A DNA stretch of 64,000 nt from an uncultured Christensenella sp. (GCA_964455585.1 CAYVXW010000004.1:103-64102), one strand, 5' to 3'; shown: positions 10,095 to 20,196, counted from the stretch's first letter. Made by a program: numbers and translations. Notes: a model not told the origin generated them from the sequence alone.

Positions 10095-10523
10095 TTAACA
10101 AAACTCTAGGGCGAGTTTGTCGGCAAGGATGGCAATAAGTTCGGCGTTTGAGGGCTTGTTGAGGGTATCAAATATTTCCAAGCCAAGAAGGTCATTTAGG
10201 TGGACTAGTTTGCCTTTTCTGTGGCTTGCGTCTATGGAGTGGCGAATGGCTCGCTCCACTCTACACGCCGTGGTTTGGAATTTTAGCGCCACTTCGGGGT
10301 ACATTACCCTCGTGACCGAGGCGATGTACTTAGGGTTCGACATCGAAAGTTTTACCGCTTCTTTCAAAAAGAAATGTCCTTGCAAATTTGCCGAAATTCC
10401 CATAGTCCAAAGTATGTCCGCAAGGCGTTTGTCTAGGTCTCGCTCACTAACAACTTTGTGGGTTGTACATATTTCAAAATCGTCATTTGCTTGCTCATTG
10501 CTAATAGATAATAGGTTTTTCAT
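10095..10523 (-). CDS. Spo0A C-terminal DNA-binding domain protein lacking a receiver domain (copy 2)
   Basis: MGISANLQGHFFLKEAV...MYPEVA...TTACRVERAIRHSI...KPSNAELIAILADKL; start ATG 10523 with RBS GGAG. Confidence 0.85.
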   Translation of the reverse strand: MKNLLSISNEQANDDFEICTTHKVVSERDLDKRLADILWTMGISANLQGHFFLKEAVKLSMSNPKYIASVTRVMYPEVALKFQTTACRVERAIRHSIDASHRKGKLVHLNDLLGLEIFDTLNKPSNAELIAILADKLALEFC

Positions 10524-10547
10524 TTCAGTCTCCAAATTTATATAACT

Positions 10548-10692
10548 TGATGCGTTTTTCAACAACAACTCCCAAATTATACACATTTTCTCGCACATTT
10601 CCAACTATTTTAAACACATTTTTACAAAATTATTTTGTGTTTTTACAAGCAATAATGTCGCTAACCCGTACTTTTTGTCGAAACTTGTCGAA
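10548..10692 (-). promoter_or_regulatory. Conserved upstream module of copy 2: SigA promoter plus tandem 0A boxes
   Basis: TTGGAA(10604-10599)-17-TATAAT(10581-10576); TGTCGAA at 10676-10682 and 10686-10692; homologous to 303-447. Confidence 0.7.
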
Positions 10693-10781
10693 AAAAGAAT
10701 TTTTCAAATTGCCTATTTGGGTGCTTTAAATTGAAGTGACTTTTGATAAATAAAATGTTAAAATTTAATTGAGGAAAAAAT

Positions 10782-11651
10782 ATGGCGAAAAAGATTAATT
10801 TTAAAAGTAAAAGCCTTTGGAAAAAGATAGGACTTGGAGTTCTTGCCGGAGTAGTTCTAATCGGTGCGGTGTTTGGTGTAACTGCCCTATTCCGCAAAGC
10901 CGAGGAAGAAACCCAAAAGGAAATTAGTCCTAGTTGGGCTATTGGTGGCTTAACCGAGGACGGAGCCTATCTAGAGACAAAGGAAAGTATATATACAAAA
11001 GACGCATTCGAGTGTTATGGGCTAAAGACTACCCTTGATTTTGATAACAATATTAGTTATAGATTATTCTTTTACAATGAAGATAATTCATTTCTTGAAA
11101 GCACATCAAAACTAACTGACGCGTTCGATAGTTCTAAGACAAATATGCCCGGAGAAACAAAATATTGTAGAATTGTAATCACTCCAAACGAAGATAGCAA
11201 AATTTCTTGGTATGAAAAGAGTGGTTATGCTAATCAACTAACAATTAAGGTAAATAAAGACCAAGAAAAGAGCGATGGAGTAGAAGTTGTTCTTAAGAAT
11301 TATTTTGAAGTTGATAGTAGTAAAATTGGCTATGCTCTTACGACTTCCGAATTTAATTCAACGGGAGTATTATCGTTTACTGCGGTTTCAGGGAACTCGG
11401 TTTCTAGCCCCATTGATGTAAGTGGATATCGTCATTATAAATTAAAAGTTGTAGATAATGGAAATAATTCTTTGGTTAATTACTATTTTGGAGATGCAAA
11501 TAATAATTTCGTTTCTTTTGCTAGATTTGAAAATGGAGCGTACGCAGAATATTTTATTGACATTCCCGCTTCTGCGACATATTTTTATATCAATTACAAT
11601 ACTGGGGCTAGTGCTATAGCTAATATTATTACCGATTGGGAGTTTGTATGA
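10782..11651 (+). CDS. Hypothetical membrane-anchored extracellular protein
   Basis: 289-aa ORF, RBS GAGG, basic N-terminus plus one TM helix, beta-rich body. Confidence 0.75.
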   Translation: MAKKINFKSKSLWKKIGLGVLAGVVLIGAVFGVTALFRKAEEETQKEISPSWAIGGLTEDGAYLETKESIYTKDAFECYGLKTTLDFDNNISYRLFFYNEDNSFLESTSKLTDAFDSSKTNMPGETKYCRIVITPNEDSKISWYEKSGYANQLTIKVNKDQEKSDGVEVVLKNYFEVDSSKIGYALTTSEFNSTGVLSFTAVSGNSVSSPIDVSGYRHYKLKVVDNGNNSLVNYYFGDANNNFVSFARFENGAYAEYFIDIPASATYFYINYNTGASAIANIITDWEFV

Positions 11652-12420
11652 AAAAAAATAGAGATTGGGTGTTGGTTGTTTCAATAATATTATGTATTAT
11701 TTCTTGTGGCTCTCTAATTTTTGTGTTTAATGGTGGCAATAAAAATAAGTCAAATGACGATACTCAAGTTGAACAAATAGTAGATTGGTCTAATTTTACA
11801 ATTAGTTGTCTTGGTGATAGTTTGACATTTGGGACAGGAATAGAAAACTCCTATCCCCAATTATTAAAAAGAGAACTTGGTGCCAAGATGGTTTATAACT
11901 ATGGTATTGGTTATTCGACCTGTTCGGTTATTAATGAATGTGAGTGTCACCCAGATTATCCGGGTCGCCATTACCCTATGTGTGAAAGATACACAGAAAT
12001 AAAAGAAGCGATATTATTATTGTAATGTGTGGCTTTAATGATGCGGGGCTTGCACCACTTGGAAAAATCGATAGTACCGATACTACAACATTTTATGGTG
12101 CAATGAATACAATGTGTCAAGGCTTAAAAGAGAAATATAGTAATAGTTGGATATTCTTTATGACAAGTTTTAAATATGACCACTATGGCGTAGAAAATCC
12201 AACCAACGACTTTGGAGACCATAGAGAAGATTATTACAATACTGCAGTTAAAGAAATTTGTAACAAATACAATATAGATGTCTTTGATACATTTAGCGAA
12301 CTTTCTTGGCATTCGGCAACTAATGCAGTAGATAATGTTCACCCTAATCAAGAATTTGTAAGTAATGTTTGGGTCCCTGCAATTGCACAATACATAAAGG
12401 CAAACTACAAACAAAAATAA
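11648..12420 (+). pseudogene. SGNH/GDSL hydrolase split by a frameshift near 12005-12012
   Basis: CLGDSLT (block I) in the first frame; DIIIVMCGFND (block III) and DNVHP (block V) in the second frame. Confidence 0.75.
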
Positions 12421-12546
12421 GATAAATAAAATGGTAGTGTGAAAATACCAAATAAAAAATATTTTAACCGATAGCCAAGCACACTATTGTTTATATAGTA
12501 AACTTGCCTATCGGTTTTTTAATTAAAAAAATAAGGAAAAGAAAAT

Positions 12547-12702
12547 ATGAATAAAGAAAATAAAAGAAAAAGCCTTTTCTTTACTCTTTCCATATCCATA
12601 TTGCTATTAATCCTATCAATAATATGCTTTGTCCCAACAAGTATGGTGGCAAAGCGGGCAAGTGTTTATGCGGATGGCAAAGACTTCCGCAACCACGCTT
12701 AA
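12547..12702 (+). CDS. Small ORF consisting mostly of a signal peptide; probable truncated secreted protein
   Basis: MNKENKRKSLFFTLSISILLLILSIICFVPTSMVAKRASVYADGKDFRNHA, AAGGA upstream. Confidence 0.45.
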   Translation: MNKENKRKSLFFTLSISILLLILSIICFVPTSMVAKRASVYADGKDFRNHA

Positions 12703-12899
12703 TGACATTGAAAAAATGTTTGGGTTTTAACAAAGTCTCAAATCTCTTTAAAACAAAAGAAATCTTGCAAGCCAAGATTTTTTTATATCTTAAAAAATAA
12801 CTCATCCCAAACAAACGCTTTGACGCAAACACTTCGCAAAAATGCATAAGCGATTATCATAAAGCGACCTTGAAGTTTTAAACAAAAAAATCGGGGCGG

Positions 12900-13826
12900 C
12901 TATAGCCCCAATTCTTTGCCGATGTTTTGTCGGTTGTATTCCCAAAGTCTCTCGGTTTGCTCAATTGATTTTCCGGCAAACGGCTTTAGGAATGGATTTT
13001 GTGCGACATCCTTCATTGCCTTTGGAAGGTCGTAATTTATTGCATCTTTTAATTGAGAAATTTGCTTTTCTTTTATCTTTCCCGCTTGCATTAAATCCAA
13101 AATTTCTCTTAACCTTTCTTGGTACGAAGCCTTTCTATCCGTTCCAATAAATGTATATGATGGATATGGCGACTCAAGCATCGTTTTTAGTTCATCCCTA
13201 CCCTGAACACCGCTATAGAGTATTCGCATAAACTCGTGGTCAATAGGAACTATCCCCTCATATTTTTCGGCTCCACGTCTCTTGTAATAATAAACATTTT
13301 CGCCGTGTCTATCCATTTCGGTTCGGATACAATCGTTTAGCCCCAAGCCAATACGCTCATCTAAGCAATCTTCGGTCATAAATTCCAATAATCTATCCCT
13401 AACGCTTTCGTCATAAAGGGGTGCAAAATCGCTTCCGGAAACCGTAGGAAAAACACCTATTTCGCTAAGCATCAAGTCTTCTTCTTGAATAAAGTCATAT
13501 CCGCCGATTGACTTTATGTTTTGGCCTATAATAAGGCAATCTTCAAGTCCCCCACTATCCTTTTGCTTTAGCGTATAAAGAGGCGGGGTAACAAAGCCAA
13601 TATCCCCATACATCTTTGCGCTAGCAACATCGCCAATGGACTTTGAACACTTGTGCCTCTTTGCAAAATACTCCACCCCGTCCACACTAAGCGACGGCGA
13701 CATCTTGTATATGATATCTGGGTCAAACATTTCTACCCTAACACCATCTACAACAAGGTTTTCGCCCTCTTTTTTAAGTCCCGCCTTGTCCAAGTTTCTA
13801 AAATATTCATAAACGCTCTTTTTCAT
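12900..13826 (-). CDS. Hypothetical protein with HipA/PI3-4-kinase-like catalytic motifs
   Basis: YFAK, DRHGEN catalytic loop and PIDHE metal-binding motif. Confidence 0.6.
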   Translation of the reverse strand: MKKSVYEYFRNLDKAGLKKEGENLVVDGVRVEMFDPDIIYKMSPSLSVDGVEYFAKRHKCSKSIGDVASAKMYGDIGFVTPPLYTLKQKDSGGLEDCLIIGQNIKSIGGYDFIQEEDLMLSEIGVFPTVSGSDFAPLYDESVRDRLLEFMTEDCLDERIGLGLNDCIRTEMDRHGENVYYYKRRGAEKYEGIVPIDHEFMRILYSGVQGRDELKTMLESPYPSYTFIGTDRKASYQERLREILDLMQAGKIKEKQISQLKDAINYDLPKAMKDVAQNPFLKPFAGKSIEQTERLWEYNRQNIGKELGL

Positions 13827-13867
13827 ATTTTCCCCCGCAAATTCCCAATTTTATATTAAAACCAAAG

Positions 13868-13945
13868 TTATCCACATTGCCACCAATTTTGTGGATAACC
13901 ACATATTCTTTAGCATATTATATCATATCCACAAGCCAATTTCAA
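13868..13945 (-). promoter_or_regulatory. SigA promoter followed by an inverted DnaA-box pair in the leader
   Basis: TTGAAA(13945-13940)-17-TATAAT(13922-13917); TTATCCACA 13868-13876, 13-bp spacer, TGTGGATAA 13890-13898. Confidence 0.65.
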
Positions 13946-14010
13946 TACCCCATACTCATTTTTCGCATAAAATGCGATATGCGTATCTTATCTCGCTTCA
14001 CACCATTACA

Positions 14011-14052
14011 AAAAACGCATAGACCGTAAAACCACACAGCCTATGCGTTTTT
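14011..14052. terminator. Rho-independent terminator
   Basis: AAAAACGCATAG...CTATGCGTTTTT just downstream of the antiporter gene. Confidence 0.6.
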
Positions 14053-14071
14053 ATTAATTTTTTTCCCTATC

Positions 14072-15175
14072 CTAGGCTATGACCACCGTGCAAGTGACTA
14101 TTACATATGCCACATATGTGACCATTAGGGCAACACCCTGCCACCTTTTGAACTTGCCCGTAAAGAGGGACGGAATTAGTGCTAGCATACACACAAACAA
14201 ACACACCGGCAAGTCGATAAATCCCGCTTGCTTTGCAATAGGCAACGCCTCACCCGAAATGATTGAGCAAAGTGGCATAATTAGCGTCAAGTCCAAAATG
14301 TTTGCACCAATTATATTCCCTAGCGACAATGATGATTGCTTTTTTGCAATAGCCGTAAGAGTGGTTACAAGTTCAGGAAGCGATGTGCCCACGGCAATTA
14401 GTGTAACCGAAATAATCCTTTCGGATATTCCAATTGCTTCCGCCAAAAAACTACCCTTATCCACTAGCAAGTCGGCACCATAAACTATAGCCCCCGCACC
14501 TACTATAAACTTGATTATATTTATTGCAATTTCTTTTCCGCTAGGCTTATTCTTTTGTGGCTTAGAGGAACTTAAAATTGGTTCGCCCGAAGCCTCAATT
14601 CTTGTATTATCCGCCACCGCACTTTGCATTGCAACCATTTCTTCACCCTTGCCGTCCAAGACATCACCAGCGGTCTTTTGCTCAAGGCTATCGATAACGC
14701 CCTTTGCGCCCACAACAATTGACCTTTTGGCACTGATGACATTCTCGGTCATATATAGTGCAAATATCAAAAGAAGAACTATAGAAAGCCAAATATTAAC
14801 CTCGCCCATTAGTCCACAAACGCAAATTAGAGCAGACGCCACCATAAGAGTTATGGACTTGAACATATAGTCTTTTTTCTTTATAACGCTAGGCATAAAG
14901 AGTATGGAAAGTGCCATAATTAGCCCCACGTTGGCGGTAACACTGCCGACCGCGTTTCCGGTAGCCATATCCACCTTTCCTTGAACTGCCGCCATCACCG
15001 ACACTAGTAGTTCGGGCAAAGTTGTAGCCACACTTACAATTGTAGCACCAATTATAAATTCGGGTATCCCACTAACTTTTGCTATCCACGTGGATGCATC
15101 CACAAAGAAGTCTCCACCTTTTACAATAAGCACAATGCCTACCAAAAAAAGTAGTATCGCCAAAAATATTTCCAT
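14072..15175 (-). CDS. Calcium/sodium antiporter (CaCA, YrbG-like)
   Basis: Two alpha repeats ATTLPE...GNAVGS and GTSLPE...GNIIGAN, many TM helices. Confidence 0.9.
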   Translation of the reverse strand: MEIFLAILLFLVGIVLIVKGGDFFVDASTWIAKVSGIPEFIIGATIVSVATTLPELLVSVMAAVQGKVDMATGNAVGSVTANVGLIMALSILFMPSVIKKKDYMFKSITLMVASALICVCGLMGEVNIWLSIVLLLIFALYMTENVISAKRSIVVGAKGVIDSLEQKTAGDVLDGKGEEMVAMQSAVADNTRIEASGEPILSSSKPQKNKPSGKEIAINIIKFIVGAGAIVYGADLLVDKGSFLAEAIGISERIISVTLIAVGTSLPELVTTLTAIAKKQSSLSLGNIIGANILDLTLIMPLCSIISGEALPIAKQAGFIDLPVCLFVCMLALIPSLFTGKFKRWQGVALMVTYVAYVIVTCTVVIA

Positions 15176-15334
15176 AATCTTTTTCCTTTGATTTATTACT
15201 TTAGGGCAACTGGAACTTTTATACGCGGGTTTTGCCATATATCCCAAAAGTTCTTTGCACCCATAACATCAATTAGATAATATCACAGAGCCCAAGCCCT
15301 CGTCAAATAATTACTACAACCCCAAACCTCAAAA

Positions 15335-16648
15335 CTATTGCAAAAGTTCGCCATTTGTCGTTTTTATAACCCTTAGAATATTTGCTTCCGCTCCCGTATT
15401 GCTATCTATATACACATAATATGTGTAGTCCTTCCACGTGCAAATAAACTCGTATGCCGAAAGTTCTCCCACATACTTATCGGGAATAATAACCCGATTT
15501 CGTTCAATCACAGTAAGTTCGGGCGAAAGCGAGGACATTGCGGTGGTTAGCCCAATAGTACTAGTAAAATTTCTATCTATATGATTTGTTGCATACGCAC
15601 TTGCTTCCCATCCAACCACAAGCCCTAGCGACAAGTCTACTTTCACCTTTACTAGGTCGCTATAATATATCACCCCATTTCCAATTGGGGCAAGATTGAT
15701 ATACACAATGTTCCCCGTAACTTGGTGCCACACCGAGTACATATTGTCTATCCCCACATCGTTTGCAAAAGCCCGTGCTAGGTCAATCCCTTCGCTGACA
15801 TTAAGCCTAGCCTCATCGCCACCACCATAGGCAGTTATAGACAAAAGCATTCCACCTTTCTTTGTAACCGAAGCATAAAGGTCAACATCACCCTTTACAT
15901 CAAAGTTATATGTTTCAAACTTGCCACTAGTATCCCCCGTATGGTAAATTGCAAACCCCGTAAAGATTTCGTGTAGTCGTTCTTCCGCTTCCTCTAGGGT
16001 GTACTCCTTGTCGCCAAGGCCTTTAACCTCTTTATTTAGAGTAGTATCCGAAAACGGTCCGTCATAAATTAGGCTTGGCACCTCCGTTTTGGAACTTTCG
16101 GTATTCAAAAGCCCCGCATCAAACTCGCTACTCTCCATATTCCCAAAGTCAACATCGTCAAGAATGCTATAGTCATAATTTAGCCCGCTTAGATATTCGC
16201 TTAGGTCATATTGCACCGCCCTTATTCGTTCATAAAGAGTTGTTAGTTGACCAAAATCACTAGTGGAAATAACATTGCCCGCATAGTTGTTTTCGAGCAA
16301 ACTATGCGAAAACCCACTAGTTCTATTTAGTAGATTGTTTAGCCCACTAACACCACTAATACTCAATGGCAAGTTGCTAAGATTGGTGACTGCAAGGCTC
16401 GAGTTTTCCTTTATGTTTACAAGCAATTCTCTTTGGCTATCAAGGCTAGTGGTTGCAACCAACTTTGACATATCCACTTCCAAATTGTTTATATTACTAA
16501 CCACTTCATAAAAACTTTTTGTGTATCCATTTTCCAATTGATTTTTGTAAGTATTGCTACTAGTCAAAAACACCAAAAAGAGAACGCCAAACACAAGCGA
16601 CAACGCACCCAAAAGCGAAATTGTTATGACCAACCCTTTGTTTTTCAT
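15335..16648 (-). CDS. ypeB: Spore germination protein YpeB
   Basis: N-terminal TM, PSLIYDGPFSD motif, C-terminal PepSY-like YVYIDSNTGAE; directly downstream of sleB. Confidence 0.9.
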   Translation of the reverse strand: MKNKGLVITISLLGALSLVFGVLFLVFLTSSNTYKNQLENGYTKSFYEVVSNINNLEVDMSKLVATTSLDSQRELLVNIKENSSLAVTNLSNLPLSISGVSGLNNLLNRTSGFSHSLLENNYAGNVISTSDFGQLTTLYERIRAVQYDLSEYLSGLNYDYSILDDVDFGNMESSEFDAGLLNTESSKTEVPSLIYDGPFSDTTLNKEVKGLGDKEYTLEEAEERLHEIFTGFAIYHTGDTSGKFETYNFDVKGDVDLYASVTKKGGMLLSITAYGGGDEARLNVSEGIDLARAFANDVGIDNMYSVWHQVTGNIVYINLAPIGNGVIYYSDLVKVKVDLSLGLVVGWEASAYATNHIDRNFTSTIGLTTAMSSLSPELTVIERNRVIIPDKYVGELSAYEFICTWKDYTYYVYIDSNTGAEANILRVIKTTNGELLQ

Positions 16649-16656
16649 TTCCCCTC

Positions 16657-17307
16657 CTAAATTGCAAAAACGTGCTTTCCTATTGTTACAACCGTTTGCC
16701 TACTAAATATCCAACTAGAACTAGCCGTGGACGGATTGTAATAGTACAAACTTCCATATGTTGGGTCCCAACCATTTAGTGCGTCAGTTGCCGCCTGATA
16801 ACTAGCAGGTTCGGGCTCCAAGTTTATTTGACCATCGTGCACGGCGGTAAATGCCCACGGTTGGTAGATTACTCCATATATTGTATCGGGGAAGTCGGGG
16901 CTTGCCACACGATTGAGTATAACCGCACCCACTGCCACCTTTCCGATGTAACTTTCTCCCCTCGCCTCGGCGTGAATACACTTTGCAAGAAGATATAGAT
17001 CATTGCTATCTTGCTCGGACAGATATATCCCCAAGGCACTGGCAGTAACCCCGCCCACGGCTCCCGAAACATATATCCCGTGGTCGGCTTGAAAATTCTT
17101 TATGGCAACAACAGTTGCGTCATCATATACGCCGTTTATCGCCCCATCATAATATCCCAAATCCTTAAGCCTTGCTTGAGCAGAAGAAATGGTGGAACTA
17201 TCATATGCCCACGCCGTCTTTTTGTTAAAACCAAAGTATGATAGAGTAATAATCGACGCCACAACCATTACTAGTATCACCACAAAATACACCTTATATT
17301 TTTTCAT
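16657..17307 (-). CDS. sleB: Spore cortex-lytic enzyme SleB
   Basis: Signal peptide, PG-binding domain, LLAKCIHAEARGE..GKVAVGAVILNRV..FP Hydrolase_2 domain. Confidence 0.92.
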   Translation of the reverse strand: MKKYKVYFVVILVMVVASIITLSYFGFNKKTAWAYDSSTISSAQARLKDLGYYDGAINGVYDDATVVAIKNFQADHGIYVSGAVGGVTASALGIYLSEQDSNDLYLLAKCIHAEARGESYIGKVAVGAVILNRVASPDFPDTIYGVIYQPWAFTAVHDGQINLEPEPASYQAATDALNGWDPTYGSLYYYNPSTASSSWIFSRQTVVTIGKHVFAI

Positions 17308-17321
17308 ATCGCCCCCAATAT

Positions 17322-17834
17322 TTACAACCCTAATAGTTCTAGTAGTTTACTTTTGTACCTAACTTTTTCGCCGGTGTTCTCCTCGCCCACAAAGCAAAGG
17401 GGCGGATAAGCCACGCACCACCAATTATCGCCCGTACCACTACCTAGCCTAATAATAAGCGCATTGTAGTAGTCGGCGGGAAAGGTTACTCCATCGTAGT
17501 CCCTAGACGGAAAATACTCATAATCAATACTAGCCGACGAGGAATATGTGTAGCCATTTGCACTCAAAACCTTGTTTGCAATTTTCTCCAAATTAGATAG
17601 GTTACTTTCCAAAACTTCTAGCACCTCATCACTACCTTCACACCCCTCAATTCTATCCGAAATATATTCAACAACTTCGTCCCTAACTTTTAGTTTTACG
17701 CTTTGGTCTTCATCGCTATTTGAGTTTGCTCTAATGTGTATTCTAACCACACTATCACTACTTTTACATCCCGCAATCGTCACAAACGAAAGACACATCA
17801 TAACGCACATTAATCCCACAAATATCTTCTTCAT
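17322..17834 (-). CDS. spoIIR: Stage II sporulation protein R
   Basis: VRIHIRANSNS..DQ.VKLKVRD and G.GDNWWCVAYPPLCF. Confidence 0.93.
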   Translation of the reverse strand: MKKIFVGLMCVMMCLSFVTIAGCKSSDSVVRIHIRANSNSDEDQSVKLKVRDEVVEYISDRIEGCEGSDEVLEVLESNLSNLEKIANKVLSANGYTYSSSASIDYEYFPSRDYDGVTFPADYYNALIIRLGSGTGDNWWCVAYPPLCFVGEENTGEKVRYKSKLLELLGL

Positions 17835-18028
17835 TTTTCGCCCTCATTACACCTAAATTATTTACCCTTGCCACAATAAATAACTAGTAAAATATGTAGA
17901 AATGTGTCAAAATATATCAAATTTTTGTCAAAAGCAAATAGGTATATGACAAAAAAATAGAGTATTGCAAGCAATACCTTTGCAATACCCTCAAAATTTT
18001 ATATATAGGTTTTTATAACCAAATTAAA

Positions 18029-19546
18029 TTAAAACTCCATAACTCTAGGCTTATATATTGCAAGTTTATCTCCCGCATTTAGTGGCTCGGTCACATCGGG
18101 ATTTTGAGCCAAAATTAGTTCGGTCGAAACATTCATTTCTTTTGCAATACTCCAAAGCGTGTCGTTAGGTTTTACTATATAAATATATAGCGCACAATCG
18201 TCTTGTGGTTTTTTGTCACCCATCGAAATGTCCGAAATAATCACCTCATCACTCATAGTGTATGCGTCGGCATAAACATATAGTTCTCCCGACACTTCCA
18301 GTTCTTTCCCTCTTCTACTTTTTGCACTAATGTCAGTCAAACATAGGCTTACTACACTTGCTCCATCCGCGTCTAATTTTTCGTCCACCGCAAATGGCAT
18401 TTCTATTTCCACCGAAGTAGCATTCCCCGTTTCCTTTGTGTAGTAAATGACGGTGGCGTTTGCCACACCCTCGACCATCAACCTTCCGTCCGCAATATAA
18501 CTTCTTGCAAGCACTATATTGTTTGTATTAACCGACAAAACATCGTCAATAAATGGTGCACTCTCATCAATTTCGGCAGAGCCCGAAATCCCGTCTTTAA
18601 AACTAACCGATTTTAGCCTCACCATTGTTTGAATATTCTCGGAAGTAACCGACAAGTAGTTGCTTTCCAAATACACATCATCTATAACCTTTTCGGTGTT
18701 CCCCTCAAACACATAACCACTAAACTCCACCGGCACATCAATAGAAACAGTTATTCCGTCTTCACCAACAACGCTTGAAACTTTTGTGTCCCTATAAATA
18801 ATGGATAGTGCACTATCTACCGCACAATCTTCTTTTACCCCATCAAACGCAACTTCCCAATCAAAGTCAAGTTCTTTGTATGTAGACTTTAGCCCCTCGA
18901 GTTCATTGGATGTAGAATAAGTGATGCCTAGTCCCATTACACCGCTTACGGCGATATAATCGTCCTTGCTCTCAACACTTTTTAGTCGTACGCAAGGAGT
19001 AACCATATAAACCCTTGACGCACCGCTAATTTCCACTTCGCCCGACACATCAAACTTTTCAAACGCACGCCCCAAGTATGTAACATATGATACTTCTTTT
19101 TGCGTCATATATGCGTCATCTGCATTCAAAGTGTCTAGCACATTATAGTCTTTTGACACAATTGCATACACACTAATTTCAACCGTTGCGCTCACCTTGA
19201 TTTCGCCACCAACAACACTTTGGTTTACGCTTACAACATTGCTATTTACAATAAGTTCGCCCTTGATTTCATTTTCGCCCTCAAACCTATCCTTAAACTC
19301 GGCAGTATAGTCAAGCGAGGAAAGCCCGTTTCCCTCATAAATCGCCTGAAAATCCACAAGCCCAACAAAATTGATTGCGTTGCCTACCGCCTCGCTAGAC
19401 ACAATGCTAGACGCCGCACTAATAGAATACATCTCTTTGACCTCGCCATCATTTGTAGGCAACTTTAGTTCGATTACACTTTGTGTAGTGCCAATATAAG
19501 TTCTAACACTACTAACAACCTTTTTAAAATTTGGCTCAAACACCAT
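18029..19546 (-). CDS. Spore coat morphogenetic protein, SipL/SpoVID-like (SPOCS/DUF3794 repeats plus LysM)
   Basis: Repeated beta-rich domains and C-terminal LysM YIVKPNDTLWSIAK; start at MVFEPNF. Confidence 0.8.
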   Translation of the reverse strand: MVFEPNFKKVVSSVRTYIGTTQSVIELKLPTNDGEVKEMYSISAASSIVSSEAVGNAINFVGLVDFQAIYEGNGLSSLDYTAEFKDRFEGENEIKGELIVNSNVVSVNQSVVGGEIKVSATVEISVYAIVSKDYNVLDTLNADDAYMTQKEVSYVTYLGRAFEKFDVSGEVEISGASRVYMVTPCVRLKSVESKDDYIAVSGVMGLGITYSTSNELEGLKSTYKELDFDWEVAFDGVKEDCAVDSALSIIYRDTKVSSVVGEDGITVSIDVPVEFSGYVFEGNTEKVIDDVYLESNYLSVTSENIQTMVRLKSVSFKDGISGSAEIDESAPFIDDVLSVNTNNIVLARSYIADGRLMVEGVANATVIYYTKETGNATSVEIEMPFAVDEKLDADGASVVSLCLTDISAKSRRGKELEVSGELYVYADAYTMSDEVIISDISMGDKKPQDDCALYIYIVKPNDTLWSIAKEMNVSTELILAQNPDVTEPLNAGDKLAIYKPRVMEF

Positions 19547-19650
19547 AACAACCCCCATAAATTTAGTTCTGGTATAGTATACTAAGGGCAAATTATTTTT
19601 ATGACAAATAATCATCTTTTGGGTGCATATTTTTCTTTATAAGTTCAAAA

Positions 19651-20196
19651 TCAATCGTTTTTCAAAAAGTACAAATTTCTATGCGTATTATATAATCTAT
19701 ATTCCATATCCCCACCTCGCAATTCTCCTTTGTAAAAAATTCTGAGTTCTTTTTCCTCTCCATCTTCCTCAAAAACCACATCATAAAAACTATACCCCAA
19801 TATATTGAGCAATGGGTTTACATAGAAAATATTATTTCTAATATATACAACTCCAATAAAAATTAGTATTAGCACCAGCGCCACAATAAAGCAAATCTTG
19901 GACAAGTCAAAAGTAAGTGCGAGCAACACAAAAAGCGAAAAGTAATTAAGAAAATGTTGGTCGGTGACATTCTTTTTTGAAAGAATTTTAATAGCCCTGC
20001 CCTCTTTTTTACTTTTAGATATAATAGTTATTAGCCCCACAACCCCCACAATCATAAGCAAGATAAGCGAAGCAAAAACCACGGTGTTTGTAATGTTCCA
20101 CCTAAGGTTGTCATTTATTATTTCCACTAGCAATATCACCCAAAAGACCGCATACATTGGCACAAATGCCGAAATAAATAAGATAATTTTAGCCAT
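19651..20196 (-). CDS. Four-TM membrane protein resembling KwaA (Kiwa)
   Basis: LFISAFVPMY...NYFSLFVL...YIRNNIFYVNPLLNILGYSFY pattern recalled from KwaA-like proteins. Confidence 0.55.
   Translation of the reverse strand: MAKIILFISAFVPMYAVFWVILLVEIINDNLRWNITNTVVFASLILLMIVGVVGLITIISKSKKEGRAIKILSKKNVTDQHFLNYFSLFVLLALTFDLSKICFIVALVLILIFIGVVYIRNNIFYVNPLLNILGYSFYDVVFEEDGEEKELRIFYKGELRGGDMEYRLYNTHRNLYFLKND

Noticed and set aside
13868-13935. oriC at the DnaA boxes
   Set aside because: Only 2-3 boxes per site and no dnaA/dnaN context
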